A DNA stretch of 36,467 nucleotides from a virus (lineage: Duplodnaviria; Caudoviricetes). This document shows, one piece after another, positions 8,420 through 17,351 of this stretch. Where the stretch lies: positions 1 through 36,467 of the IMG/VR virus record IMGVR_UViG_3300028025_001304; one strand, written 5' to 3'. Within the stretch, counting starts at the first letter, position 1, and the number at the start of each line of letters is the position of its first letter. Both the position numbers and the translations under genes were made by a program. A model generated the notes under the pieces. The model made no database searches, had not been told where the DNA came from, and was given only the letters and a program-made list of their open reading frames with translations.

Positions 8420-8836
8420 ATGGCTCTTCCAAATGGTGCAGGTGGTTATCAAGTTGGTGACGGCAATTTAGCCGAACCTATTATCGGTTATCAAGCAGCT
8501 CCGTTATCTGTAGCAGCAACAGCTACACTAACAGCAGCTCAAGTTACAGCAGGTATTTTGTTAGTTGGTTCAGGCGCTACTGCTGCTCAAACATACACAT
8601 TGCCTTCAGCGGCTTTAATCGACGCAGCTATTAGCTCTGCTAAAGTTGGCTCAACTTTTGACTTAAGCATTGTTAACTTAGGTACATCTTCAGGTACTGG
8701 CGCGTTAGCATTAGGTTCAGGTACAGGCTTTTCTGATGGCGGTAACGCTACAGTAGCAGTGGCAATTACGTCAAGCGGTTTATTCCGTTTCCGTAAAACT
8801 GCTGACAGCGCTTATTCTGTATACCGCATAGGTTAA
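8420..8836 (+). CDS. Putative capsid decoration/minor head protein
   Basis: Ala/Gly/Thr-rich beta protein directly after the coat gene; TAAAGGAAAT RBS. Confidence 0.7.
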   Translation: MALPNGAGGYQVGDGNLAEPIIGYQAAPLSVAATATLTAAQVTAGILLVGSGATAAQTYTLPSAALIDAAISSAKVGSTFDLSIVNLGTSSGTGALALGSGTGFSDGGNATVAVAITSSGLFRFRKTADSAYSVYRIG

Positions 8837-8846
8837 TGTAATAAAC

Positions 8847-8868
8847 CCACCCTTCGGGGTGGATTTTT
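8847..8868 (+). terminator. Intrinsic terminator-like hairpin
   Basis: CCACCC-TTCG-GGGTGG followed by ATTTTT. Confidence 0.7.
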
Positions 8869-8883
8869 AATAAAGGAAATATT

Positions 8884-9345
8884 ATGCCAAATACCAAACC
8901 AGTAGGCGTAGCCTATTCAGACCCTGAGCTATCAGGCGCTACAATTGATAATTCGCCAATTGGCGCAACAACACCTAACACTATTGTAGGTACGACTGTG
9001 TACTCTGCACTAGAAATTGGTTATTCAGCAGGCGCACAAGGTGCAGTTACTCAAGCTACAAGCAAAACAACAGGTGTAACATTAAACAAATCAGCAGGTC
9101 AAATTACATTAAACGGATCAGCATTAGGTGCAGGCGCTACTGCTATTTTTACTTTAACTAATAGTTTACTTTCAGCTAAAGATGTATTGATTGTTAACGT
9201 AGGTTCTGGCGGCACTAGTGGTGCTTACTGGCCTTACGTGGCTAACGTTGGTGCAGGATCAGCAGTTATTGGCGTTTATAACAATACTGCAGGTTCATTA
9301 TCAGAAGCTATCGTACTTAATTATGCAATTTTTCACAACGAATAA
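8884..9345 (+). CDS. Putative head fibre/decoration protein
   Basis: IDNSPIGATTP motif and VTQATSKTTGVTLNKSAGQIT; TAAAGGAAAT RBS. Confidence 0.7.
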   Translation: MPNTKPVGVAYSDPELSGATIDNSPIGATTPNTIVGTTVYSALEIGYSAGAQGAVTQATSKTTGVTLNKSAGQITLNGSALGAGATAIFTLTNSLLSAKDVLIVNVGSGGTSGAYWPYVANVGAGSAVIGVYNNTAGSLSEAIVLNYAIFHNE

Positions 9346-9370
9346 AAATAAGGGCTTCGGCCCTTATTTA
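9346..9370 (+). terminator. Intrinsic terminator-like hairpin
   Basis: AAATAAGGGC-TTCG-GCCCTTATTT, a perfect 10-bp stem. Confidence 0.7.
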
Positions 9371-9381
9371 TAAGGTTCAAA

Positions 9382-9561
9382 ATGGCTATTACTTATTTAA
9401 AACATGAAATACACGGCACTAAAATTGCCTATATGGAAGCAGAAGTAGAAGCAGATGCACAAAACGGCTGGATAGAGTATAATCCTGATACGCCTGCTGA
9501 ACCGACAGTAGTTGCGGCTCCCGTCAATGAACTGGAAGTTAAACGACGTAGAAAAGAATAA
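9382..9561 (+). CDS. 59-aa protein MAITYLKHEIHGTK... (not in ORF track)
   Basis: TAAGG RBS; open frame ending KRRRKE; stop overlaps the RBS of the next gene. Confidence 0.75.
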   Translation: MAITYLKHEIHGTKIAYMEAEVEADAQNGWIEYNPDTPAEPTVVAAPVNELEVKRRRKE

Positions 9562-9572
9562 GGAGCCTTAAT

Positions 9573-10283
9573 ATGGCAACGGCTGGCGATCAAATTAATG
9601 GAGCGTTACGATTACTTGGCATTTTAGCTGAAGGCGAAACTCCATCTGCAGAAACATCACAAGATGCGTTAACTGCATTAAACCAAATGATAGATAGCTG
9701 GAATACAGAACGTCTAGCCGTATTCAGTGCGCAAGACCAAGTGTTCTCATGGCCCCCTAACGTATTATCAAGAACATTAGGTCCTACAGGTGACTTTGTA
9801 GGCAATCGTCCTGTATTGCTAGAAGATTCAACTTACTTTAAAGACCCGTCAAACGGCATCTCTTTTGGTATCAAGTTTCTTAACCAACAACAATACAACG
9901 GTATTGCAGTTAAGACTGTGACATCTACTTACCCACAAGTTATTTGGGTAAACATGACATACCCCAACGTTGAAATGTACGTCTATCCAAAACCTACTAA
10001 GGTATTGGAATGGCATTTTGTATCTGTTGAAGAAATAACACAGCCAGCTACATTAGCGACAGAGTTATACTTCCCACCAGGTTACTTACGTGCCTTTAAA
10101 TATAACTTAGCTTGCGAGATAGCACCTGAGTTTGGTGTAGAGCCAAGCGCACAAGTATCACGCATTGCAATGGCATCTAAGCGTAACTTGAAACGTATCA
10201 ACAACCCTGACGATATTATGAGCTTGCCTTACAGCATTGTTGGCACTCGTCAACGCTACAACATCTTTGCAGGTAACTACTAA
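9573..10283 (+). CDS. Head-tail adaptor (P22 gp4-like N-terminus)
   Basis: INGALRLLG...LNQMIDSW and YNLACEIAPEFG; AAGGAG RBS; lies before the hub gene. Confidence 0.75.
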   Translation: MATAGDQINGALRLLGILAEGETPSAETSQDALTALNQMIDSWNTERLAVFSAQDQVFSWPPNVLSRTLGPTGDFVGNRPVLLEDSTYFKDPSNGISFGIKFLNQQQYNGIAVKTVTSTYPQVIWVNMTYPNVEMYVYPKPTKVLEWHFVSVEEITQPATLATELYFPPGYLRAFKYNLACEIAPEFGVEPSAQVSRIAMASKRNLKRINNPDDIMSLPYSIVGTRQRYNIFAGNY

Positions 10284-11722
10284 TGAAAAGTCCTATCTTA
10301 GGTCAATCTTATGTAGCTCGGTCTATTAATGCTGCGGATAACCGCATGATTAATCTATTCCCTGAAGCTACCCCTGAGAACGGCTTAGAGATAGGCTATC
10401 TTAATCGTGCGCCTGGACTAACAACGCTATGCACCGTAGGTACAGGTCCTATTAGAGGTCTGTGGGCGCATCAAACAAACGGTACAGATGCGTACTGCGT
10501 ATCAGGTACAGGCTTTTATAAGATAAATACAGACTACACGTCAACGTATATTGGTGAAGTGTTAGGGTCAGGGCCAGTCACATTTGCTGATAATGGTACA
10601 CAGATATTTATTGCTGCTAACCCGTTAGGCTACATCTACAACGAAGTAACTAACGTGTTTGCTAAGATTACTGATCCCGACTTCACAGGTGCAGGGACCG
10701 TATGCTATTTAGATGGCTACTTTGTATACAACGAGCCTGATAGCCAAAAGATATGGATTACCCAGCTTCTTGACGGCACGTCAGTAGACCCGCTAGACTT
10801 TGCTAGTGCTGAAGGTTCACCTGACGGTGTAGTAGCAGTTAACACTATTCATAGAGAACTATGGGTGTTTGGTACAGATACAACTGAAGTTTGGTACGAC
10901 TCAGGCGCGACAGACTTTCCGCTAATCCCTATTCAAGGTGCGTTTAACGAGACAGGCTGTATTGCCCCCTATTCAGTAGCCAAGCTAGATAACTCTCTCT
11001 TTTGGCTAGGTAACGACCCTCGTGGGTTTGGTGTTGTGTTTAGGTCTAATGGCTATGCAGCACAGCGCGTATCGACACATGCAGTAGAGTATGCGATACA
11101 GAACTACGGCTCAATATCAGACGCTGTAGCGTACACATACCAACAAGAAGGTCATGCGTTCTATGTGATTAGTTTTCCTACAGCTAACGCCACATGGGTG
11201 TATGATGTAGCGACAGGCTCATGGCATGAACGTGCTAGTTTGATTAATGGCGAGTTTGCTCGTCATCGTTCAAACTGTCAATGTAACTTTCAATCAACAA
11301 CATTAGTTGGCGATTACGTGAACGGTAATATCTATAAGTTTGACTTAGATGTGTATGCAGATAACAACGCACCGCAGAAATGGCTACGTTCATGGAGAGC
11401 GTTACCTAGCGGTCAAAACAACTTGAAGCGTACCGCACAGCACAGTCTACAATTAGAAATTGAGTCAGGCGTAGGTTTAAACTTAGGTCAAGGTAACGAC
11501 CCTCAAGTAATGCTACGATGGTCCGATGATGGCGGTCATACGTGGTCTAACGAACATTGGAAGTCAATGGGTAAGATAGGTGAATATGGCTACCGTAACA
11601 TTTGGCGTCGTCTAGGGATGACACAAAAGCTACGTGATCGCGTGTACGAAATATCAGGAACTGATCCAGTTAAAGTAGCTATTATGGGTGCGGAGTTAAT
11701 CCTAAATGGCACAAACGCTTAA
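10283..11722 (+). CDS. Tail hub/DNA stabilisation protein, P22 gp10-like
   Basis: 479 aa beta-propeller pattern; YLDGYF, AEGSPD, FGTDTTEVW, ISFPTANATWVYD, LRWSDDGGHTW, WRRLG. Confidence 0.88.
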   Translation: MKSPILGQSYVARSINAADNRMINLFPEATPENGLEIGYLNRAPGLTTLCTVGTGPIRGLWAHQTNGTDAYCVSGTGFYKINTDYTSTYIGEVLGSGPVTFADNGTQIFIAANPLGYIYNEVTNVFAKITDPDFTGAGTVCYLDGYFVYNEPDSQKIWITQLLDGTSVDPLDFASAEGSPDGVVAVNTIHRELWVFGTDTTEVWYDSGATDFPLIPIQGAFNETGCIAPYSVAKLDNSLFWLGNDPRGFGVVFRSNGYAAQRVSTHAVEYAIQNYGSISDAVAYTYQQEGHAFYVISFPTANATWVYDVATGSWHERASLINGEFARHRSNCQCNFQSTTLVGDYVNGNIYKFDLDVYADNNAPQKWLRSWRALPSGQNNLKRTAQHSLQLEIESGVGLNLGQGNDPQVMLRWSDDGGHTWSNEHWKSMGKIGEYGYRNIWRRLGMTQKLRDRVYEISGTDPVKVAIMGAELILNGTNA

Positions 11723-12098
11723 CTACACGCGGATACCTGCACCTAGAGTTTCGCTTGTAGACCCACAGACAGGTGTTGTGGCAAACGAATGGTTTAGGTT
11801 CTTTAATAACCTATACTCAATAGCGTACTCAGGAACTAATACAGTTACAGCAGGCACGTATGGCTCTGCTACAAATGTAGCACAAGTAACAGTAAATGAT
11901 TTTGGTAGCATTACAAACATAAATAATGTACCAATAGCAATTAATGCTAGTCAAGTAGTGACAGGTACATTTAATGGATTAGGTTTTAATAATGGTACAA
12001 TTGACAATTCTGCTATAGGTAGCGTAACCCCTTCAACGGGGACGTTTACTACAGCTACTGCATCAAAATATGTAGGCATATCAGGGGGAGAGTTTTAA
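11706..12098 (+). CDS. Tail needle/plug-like protein (gp26 position) ending GISGGEF
   Basis: Follows the gp10-like gene; IPAPRV...EWFRFF N-terminus; Thr/Gly-rich fibre motifs. Confidence 0.6.
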   Translation: MAQTLNYTRIPAPRVSLVDPQTGVVANEWFRFFNNLYSIAYSGTNTVTAGTYGSATNVAQVTVNDFGSITNINNVPIAINASQVVTGTFNGLGFNNGTIDNSAIGSVTPSTGTFTTATASKYVGISGGEF

Positions 12099-12724
12099 TG
12101 GCTCAAACAGGTTTTACACCAATACAGATTTATCGTAGCTCGACAGCTAGTGCTGCACCTACATCGGGCGACCTTGTAGCTGGTGAATTAGCTATTAATA
12201 CGGCTGACGGCAAACTGTTCTACCTTGATAGTCTTAACGCCGTTCAAGTGATTGGCTGGAAGCTAGTGCCTGTATCTGCAGGTGGTACAGGTGCAACAAC
12301 TTTAACTGGCGTAGTTATAGGTAACGGCACTTCAGCTTTTACAACGGTTGCAGCGCCTAGCGGGGCAATTGTAGGCACGACGGACACACAAACACTTACC
12401 AATAAACGTGTTACGCCTAGAGTGATTACTACAACGTCTAGCGCAACACCTACAATTAACACAGATAATACAGATCAATTTGGTTTGACTGCACAAGCGG
12501 TTGATATTACTTCGTTCACTACAAACTTAAGTGGTACACCTACAGATGGTCAGAAGCTATGGATTTACATTGTAGGTACAGCGGCAAGAGCAATTACTTG
12601 GGGCGCTTCTTTTGAATCATCTACAGCAACACTTCCAACAACAACAGTAACTACCAATCGTCTTGATGTCGGCTTTGTATGGAACGTAGCTACATCTAAA
12701 TGGCGATGCGTAGCGGTAGCATAG
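12098..12724 (+). CDS. Short tail fibre protein
   Basis: N-terminal GELAINTADGKLFY motif, GGTGATTL and TDTQTLTNK fibre repeats, C-terminal beta domain. Confidence 0.75.
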   Translation: MAQTGFTPIQIYRSSTASAAPTSGDLVAGELAINTADGKLFYLDSLNAVQVIGWKLVPVSAGGTGATTLTGVVIGNGTSAFTTVAAPSGAIVGTTDTQTLTNKRVTPRVITTTSSATPTINTDNTDQFGLTAQAVDITSFTTNLSGTPTDGQKLWIYIVGTAARAITWGASFESSTATLPTTTVTTNRLDVGFVWNVATSKWRCVAVA

Positions 12725-12732
12725 GATAATTT

Positions 12733-12897
12733 ATGGCAAATTGTGCAGTTATACAAGATGGTGTATTAGTCAACATTATTGTGGCTGAAGTTACAGATAC
12801 TCCACCAGAGGGATGTATTTTGGTTGAGTTGCCTACTTACGATATTGGTTACACATGGGATGGTGTACGCTTTAATCCACCAAAGGTTATTGAGTAA
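12733..12897 (+). CDS. 54-aa tail-fibre-assembly-like protein (not in ORF track)
   Basis: AGGA RBS; MANCAVIQDG.LVNIIVA...IGYTWDG..F.PP; TAATG overlap with the next gene. Confidence 0.7.
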   Translation: MANCAVIQDGVLVNIIVAEVTDTPPEGCILVELPTYDIGYTWDGVRFNPPKVIE

Positions 12898-14069
12898 TGG
12901 CAACTAGATATTGGGTAAATGGTGATGGTACATGGGATGCTACAAACACCGCTAACTGGGATGATTCATCAGGCGGTGCAGGTGGTTTTTCTGCCCCAAC
13001 ATCTGCTGATAATGTTATTTTTGATAATAACAGTAGTTCAGGCACAGTTACTATTGGAACAGGTGCTGTTTGTTTAACAATTACAGGCAATGGTAATCTT
13101 GCATTTGCTTTTGGCAGTAACTTTTTAACTGTTGGAAGTCAAAAGGTAACAATATTAACAACAGGAACATCATTTACTACACCTACTGACTGGAATAATG
13201 CTTCTAATAATATCTATTTAATAGGTGGTGGTGGCGGTAGTTCAGGTAGAGGAGTATCAGGAAGTAATAGGGCAGGCGGTGCAGGCGGTGGCGGTGGTGG
13301 ATTTAGACTTCTTTCTAACCAAACAATAAGCGGTGCTATATCTTATGCAATTGGTGCAGGTGGAACAGCTGGTGCTTCTGGGTTTAGTACAGGTGGTACA
13401 GGTGGCTCTACTACATGGAACACAATTAATATTGCAACAGGTGGATTAGGTGGTGTATCTACAAGTGTACCTACATCTACAGGTGGTGTAGGTGGTACAG
13501 GAACATATACAGGCGGTAGGGGTGGTAATGGTTCTGCAACTACAGTAGCTAGTAGTGGTTCAGGTGGCGGTGGTGGCGGTGGTGCTGCTGGATTAAACGG
13601 CAATGGTGGTAATGGCGGTAATGGATTTGGCTCTACAACAACAGCAAATAATGCCAATGGCGGTGGCGGTGGCAATGGTGGCGGTTCTGCTGGCGGTAAC
13701 GCATCTTCTGCATTATCAGGCGCAGGTGGTAATAACTCATTAGGTTCAGGCGGTGGTGCTGCGGTAACTGGCGGACCAGGAAATACAGGGCGAAATGGTG
13801 GCGGTGGTTCTGGCTCTGTAAGTGTAAGTACTGCTGGAACTGGCTCAATGGGCGTAGAAATTCTTGGTGCTTTTGGTTCTGGCGGTGCTAGGGGCGGTGG
13901 CATAGGTGCTACATCTACTGGAAATTATGGAGCAGGTGCAGGCGGTAGATATGGCACTACAGCAGGTGCTAACGCAGTAGGCAATGCAGGCGCACAAGGC
14001 GCAATTATTATTGTTTATACTGTAGCAGGCGCAGCAGTTAATAGTAACTTTTTCTTTTTGTTTGGATAG
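12897..14069 (+). CDS. Glycine-rich adhesin/receptor-binding protein
   Basis: Many GGGG / GGxGG runs between LIGGGG and GAQGAIIIVY; RYWV..G.W N-terminus; aromatic C-terminus NFFFLFG. Confidence 0.75.
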   Translation: MATRYWVNGDGTWDATNTANWDDSSGGAGGFSAPTSADNVIFDNNSSSGTVTIGTGAVCLTITGNGNLAFAFGSNFLTVGSQKVTILTTGTSFTTPTDWNNASNNIYLIGGGGGSSGRGVSGSNRAGGAGGGGGGFRLLSNQTISGAISYAIGAGGTAGASGFSTGGTGGSTTWNTINIATGGLGGVSTSVPTSTGGVGGTGTYTGGRGGNGSATTVASSGSGGGGGGGAAGLNGNGGNGGNGFGSTTTANNANGGGGGNGGGSAGGNASSALSGAGGNNSLGSGGGAAVTGGPGNTGRNGGGGSGSVSVSTAGTGSMGVEILGAFGSGGARGGGIGATSTGNYGAGAGGRYGTTAGANAVGNAGAQGAIIIVYTVAGAAVNSNFFFLFG

Positions 14070-14077
14070 GACGCATA

Positions 14078-15520
14078 ATGGCAACTTTAATACCAAAATA
14101 CACGCAGGTAACAACATCCAATCGGACGATTGCACAGAAGTTTGCTGAGACTATTTCAGTTAAAGACTTTGGTGCTGTAGGAGATGGCGTAGCAGATGAT
14201 ACGGCAGCTATACAAGCAGCGCATAACGCAGCCTATAGCGTTTATTATCCTATCGGAACCTACAATGTAACAGGTAACATTACTATTCGTACAGGAACTA
14301 ATATTATCGGTAGCGGTGCAGGACAAACTTTAATTTCTTTATCTGCCGCTATGGCTGGTGCAGAAGATGCCGTATTTAAACTTTTGGTTACTGACTTTGT
14401 TAACCAACAAGGCGGATTAACTGTTAGCAATATATTTATTAACGGGCAAAATAGATTCGGTCACGCGTTTTACTTGCGTAACGTCCGATTCCCTGTTTTT
14501 GAAAACGTTTGGATTTTTAACTTTGATGGCTCTGCAATTGTGTATGATTATTGCGAAGAAGGTTATGCAGACTTTTTAAATATTAATGGATGCGGGCGAA
14601 CAAGCGGAAATCCTAATGTAACTGCAAACACTACTTTTGGCCAAATTACCTTTTCAAAAACAGCGTCTGCTTTAGGCAACAACAACTTTTTAAGGTTCAA
14701 TGACTGTACCGTAGCTAATGGACGTTGTTCTGGCGATTTCCTAGTAAAAAATGCTACTGCAAGTCGCATATACATTGAAAATACACAGTCGGAAGTTTCA
14801 GGTGCATCAATAGGCAACAGAGATTGGCTTGCCGCTAACGGGCAAGGGGCTATTATTTTTGTAAACGGATGCGATGTAGACGGGTACAGAAATGTTTTTT
14901 CTGACGTACAATTCGTTGAATTATTTGCGTCAAATGTACGAGCAGCTAGTACCAATTTTTTAACTGCTTCAAATGGAACGGGCGGCGCAAAAATATCAAA
15001 CTGTACAGGAGAAAACATAACTACAACTTCTGTTGGCGGATACCTTATTGAAAACAGCACGTTTACTAACCTTACCTTTAATTTTATTGCAGGAAAAAAC
15101 ATAGTTAACGGCATTGTTGCAACTAGCCTTACAATTGCAGACGTTGGCGCATCCGCAAACTTAATACTTTGTGACTCTAATTTTTCAGGTAATTTTAGCT
15201 CTACCGTAAACGTTCTTGTCCCAATTAGGGCGTCGAATGTTATTGTAGGGGGCAACTTAAGTATTACATCAAGCGGCGGGGTTTTTGTTGATACAGTCAC
15301 AACTGGAACTGTATCTGTTTCAGCAGATAACTATTATCAACCAACGCAATATAGAAATATTCAAATTCTTTCAGGTACTGCAGCCCCAACTACAGGTTTT
15401 TACAAAGTTGGATCTATTGTTTACAACACCGTGCCTACTGCAGGGGGGACTATAGGGTTTGTTTGTACCGCTGACGGCTCTCCTGGCACTTGGAAAACAT
15501 TTGGTGCAATATCTGCATAA
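14078..15520 (+). CDS. Tailspike / beta-helix depolymerase-like protein
   Basis: SVKDFGAVGDGVADDTAAIQAA (pectate_lyase_3-type start), beta-helix-like repeats, C-terminal APTTG..VG.IVYN..P..GG..G.VC...G.PGTW. Confidence 0.85.
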   Translation: MATLIPKYTQVTTSNRTIAQKFAETISVKDFGAVGDGVADDTAAIQAAHNAAYSVYYPIGTYNVTGNITIRTGTNIIGSGAGQTLISLSAAMAGAEDAVFKLLVTDFVNQQGGLTVSNIFINGQNRFGHAFYLRNVRFPVFENVWIFNFDGSAIVYDYCEEGYADFLNINGCGRTSGNPNVTANTTFGQITFSKTASALGNNNFLRFNDCTVANGRCSGDFLVKNATASRIYIENTQSEVSGASIGNRDWLAANGQGAIIFVNGCDVDGYRNVFSDVQFVELFASNVRAASTNFLTASNGTGGAKISNCTGENITTTSVGGYLIENSTFTNLTFNFIAGKNIVNGIVATSLTIADVGASANLILCDSNFSGNFSSTVNVLVPIRASNVIVGGNLSITSSGGVFVDTVTTGTVSVSADNYYQPTQYRNIQILSGTAAPTTGFYKVGSIVYNTVPTAGGTIGFVCTADGSPGTWKTFGAISA

Positions 15521-15528
15521 GGTACAAC

Positions 15529-15792
15529 ATGAAAAAATTAACTGAATTACTATCAAACCCACGTATCCCTGTACCGCTTGACAAGCAAGCGCACTTTAAT
15601 TCAGGTGGTATCTTGGCGCTTATAACATACTTTTTTATCGGTTACTATGCTTTATTGCTAGTAATGGTGGTAGCTTTTGCAAAAGAGTGGTATGATTATC
15701 AGCATCCAACAATCCATACTTGCGATTTTTATGATTGGTTAGCCACGGTACTAGGCGCTGTCGTTACATTAGGAGTGATTTATGTCTGTTAA
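15529..15792 (+). CDS. Small membrane protein (DKxxH...KExxD...D..DxxA, VanZ/YfiM-like pattern)
   Basis: TAAGG RBS before ATG 15529; 2-3 hydrophobic segments with the conserved charged motifs. Confidence 0.6.
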   Translation: MKKLTELLSNPRIPVPLDKQAHFNSGGILALITYFFIGYYALLLVMVVAFAKEWYDYQHPTIHTCDFYDWLATVLGAVVTLGVIYVC

Positions 15793-16459
15793 CTTATCCC
15801 CGTTAGGCGGCGCTGGCGCACAGTTCTTCAGCAATAATGGCGTTCCACTTTCAGGTGGGTTACTGTACACTTATTCAGCAGGGACATCAACCCCTGCTAC
15901 AACCTATACATCTTATACTGGGCTGACTGCGCTTGCTAACCCTATTGTACTAGACTCAGCAGGCCGAGTGCCTACAGGTGAGATTTGGTTAACGGATGGC
16001 GTTAGCTATAAGTTTGTGCTTAACTCCGCGACAAACGTGCTAATTGCTACATGGGATAACCTTACAGGCATAAATTCTAATTTCGTTCCTTTTGTACAGC
16101 AAAAACAAACGTTTACAGCTACAGCAGGACAGACTGTATTTACGTTGACTACCATGCAATATGTTGTAGGCGTTAATAATTTAGCGGTATACGTAAACGG
16201 TAGCAAACAAATAGCAGGCGTAAACTATACTGAAACATCGGGTACCGTTATTACGTTCTTAACAGGTCTTAACATTAATGATGTTGTTGAATGTACAACA
16301 TCTGTAACTACTACAACAAACCCTATTAGTTCAGGAACTACAAGTGCCAGACCTACGGCTAGTGCCACTACAGGTCAGTATTATTTTGATACCACGATAG
16401 TTAAACCTATCTGGTGGAACGGTACTATTTGGATATTAGCTACAGGGCTTGCTGCTTAA
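15782..16459 (+). CDS. Tailspike anchor/adaptor protein
   Basis: QFF.NNGVPLSGG.LYTY.AGT.TP..TY...NPIVLDSAGR virion-binding N-terminus; TATAGQTVF domain; C-terminal GTT.ARP....GQYYFDTT..KPIWWNG. Confidence 0.75.
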   Translation: MSVNLSPLGGAGAQFFSNNGVPLSGGLLYTYSAGTSTPATTYTSYTGLTALANPIVLDSAGRVPTGEIWLTDGVSYKFVLNSATNVLIATWDNLTGINSNFVPFVQQKQTFTATAGQTVFTLTTMQYVVGVNNLAVYVNGSKQIAGVNYTETSGTVITFLTGLNINDVVECTTSVTTTTNPISSGTTSARPTASATTGQYYFDTTIVKPIWWNGTIWILATGLAA

Positions 16460-16460
16460 C

Positions 16461-17351
16461 ATGACACAGCAATTAGCTACATCGATGCAGGAAAAAGAAT
16501 TAGCGTTAGAAGAAGAGAACACCGAGTTAAGTTTAATATTTAAAGATAAAGTAGAAGTTTTGCAGAGTGAGTTATTAAAGATGCCTCAAGCAGACATCAA
16601 AACAACGCACAAATTTCTACCTAACGTATACGAACGTACTATAGAAATACCTAAATGGACTGTGCTAACTGGCGCAGAACATAAAACGCCATACAAAGTA
16701 AGGCTTGACAAAGGTACAATAGCAGTCAATACAGACGATGGAATTAAAATATTGACCGCACCGTTTGAGTTTGACGCACCTGCGGGTGTACAACGTGTAG
16801 GACGCGTGTTTGAAGATGAAGTTGTTTGGACTGACATTTACGACAACCCAGACAACTGCACCGACATTGCAGAACTAGAAACTAGACTGTATGTCGTACC
16901 CAATTGTGGACTAGGCGAGAATAGAGTAGCGTTACAGATACAAGCTGATCGAGATGACTACGCACTATTCATCTCTCAGTTAGGCGTGACGCAAGACGTG
17001 ATGGATGAGATTGTTACTAACACTACAGATTTAGTTGAGATGCCTGAAGAGTATGCGGTTGAACTGCGAGACTCTAGCATCCACGGCAAAGGTCTATTCG
17101 CACTAAAGTTTTTTGAAGAAGGCGATGTTGTGTGTGCAGGCAGATTAAACGGCAAAAGAACGCCAGGTGGCAGATACATTAATCATTCTTTTAACAGTAA
17201 CATTACGCCAGTAAAAATAGGCGATGATATTTTTGCAGTAGCTAAACGTAAGATTTATCCCAATGAAGAGTTAGTCGTTGATTACAGAGCTTCTATGCGG
17301 GTTAACTTTGGGATTATGATTGAAGGAGAAATACCATGTCAGGATGGGTAG
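16461..17351 (+). CDS. Cupin-like plus SET-domain (putative lysine methyltransferase) fusion
   Basis: SET motifs SSIHGKGLFA, RYINHS and EELVVDY in the C-terminal third; N-terminal HKF.P.VY.R.I.IP..TVLTG..H cupin-like strand pattern. Confidence 0.8.
   Translation: MTQQLATSMQEKELALEEENTELSLIFKDKVEVLQSELLKMPQADIKTTHKFLPNVYERTIEIPKWTVLTGAEHKTPYKVRLDKGTIAVNTDDGIKILTAPFEFDAPAGVQRVGRVFEDEVVWTDIYDNPDNCTDIAELETRLYVVPNCGLGENRVALQIQADRDDYALFISQLGVTQDVMDEIVTNTTDLVEMPEEYAVELRDSSIHGKGLFALKFFEEGDVVCAGRLNGKRTPGGRYINHSFNSNITPVKIGDDIFAVAKRKIYPNEELVVDYRASMRVNFGIMIEGEIPCQDG

Noticed and set aside
8350-8420. Coat readthrough or frameshift extension
   Set aside because: TAG is followed two codons later by an in-frame TAA and a hairpin; no convincing slippery heptamer.
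13343-13903. 186-aa Pro-rich ORF on the - strand
   Set aside because: Antisense shadow of the GGN codons of the glycine-rich adhesin; no RBS or operon context.
14563-15300. 245-aa - strand ORF
   Set aside because: Antisense shadow of the tailspike; no recognisable motifs.
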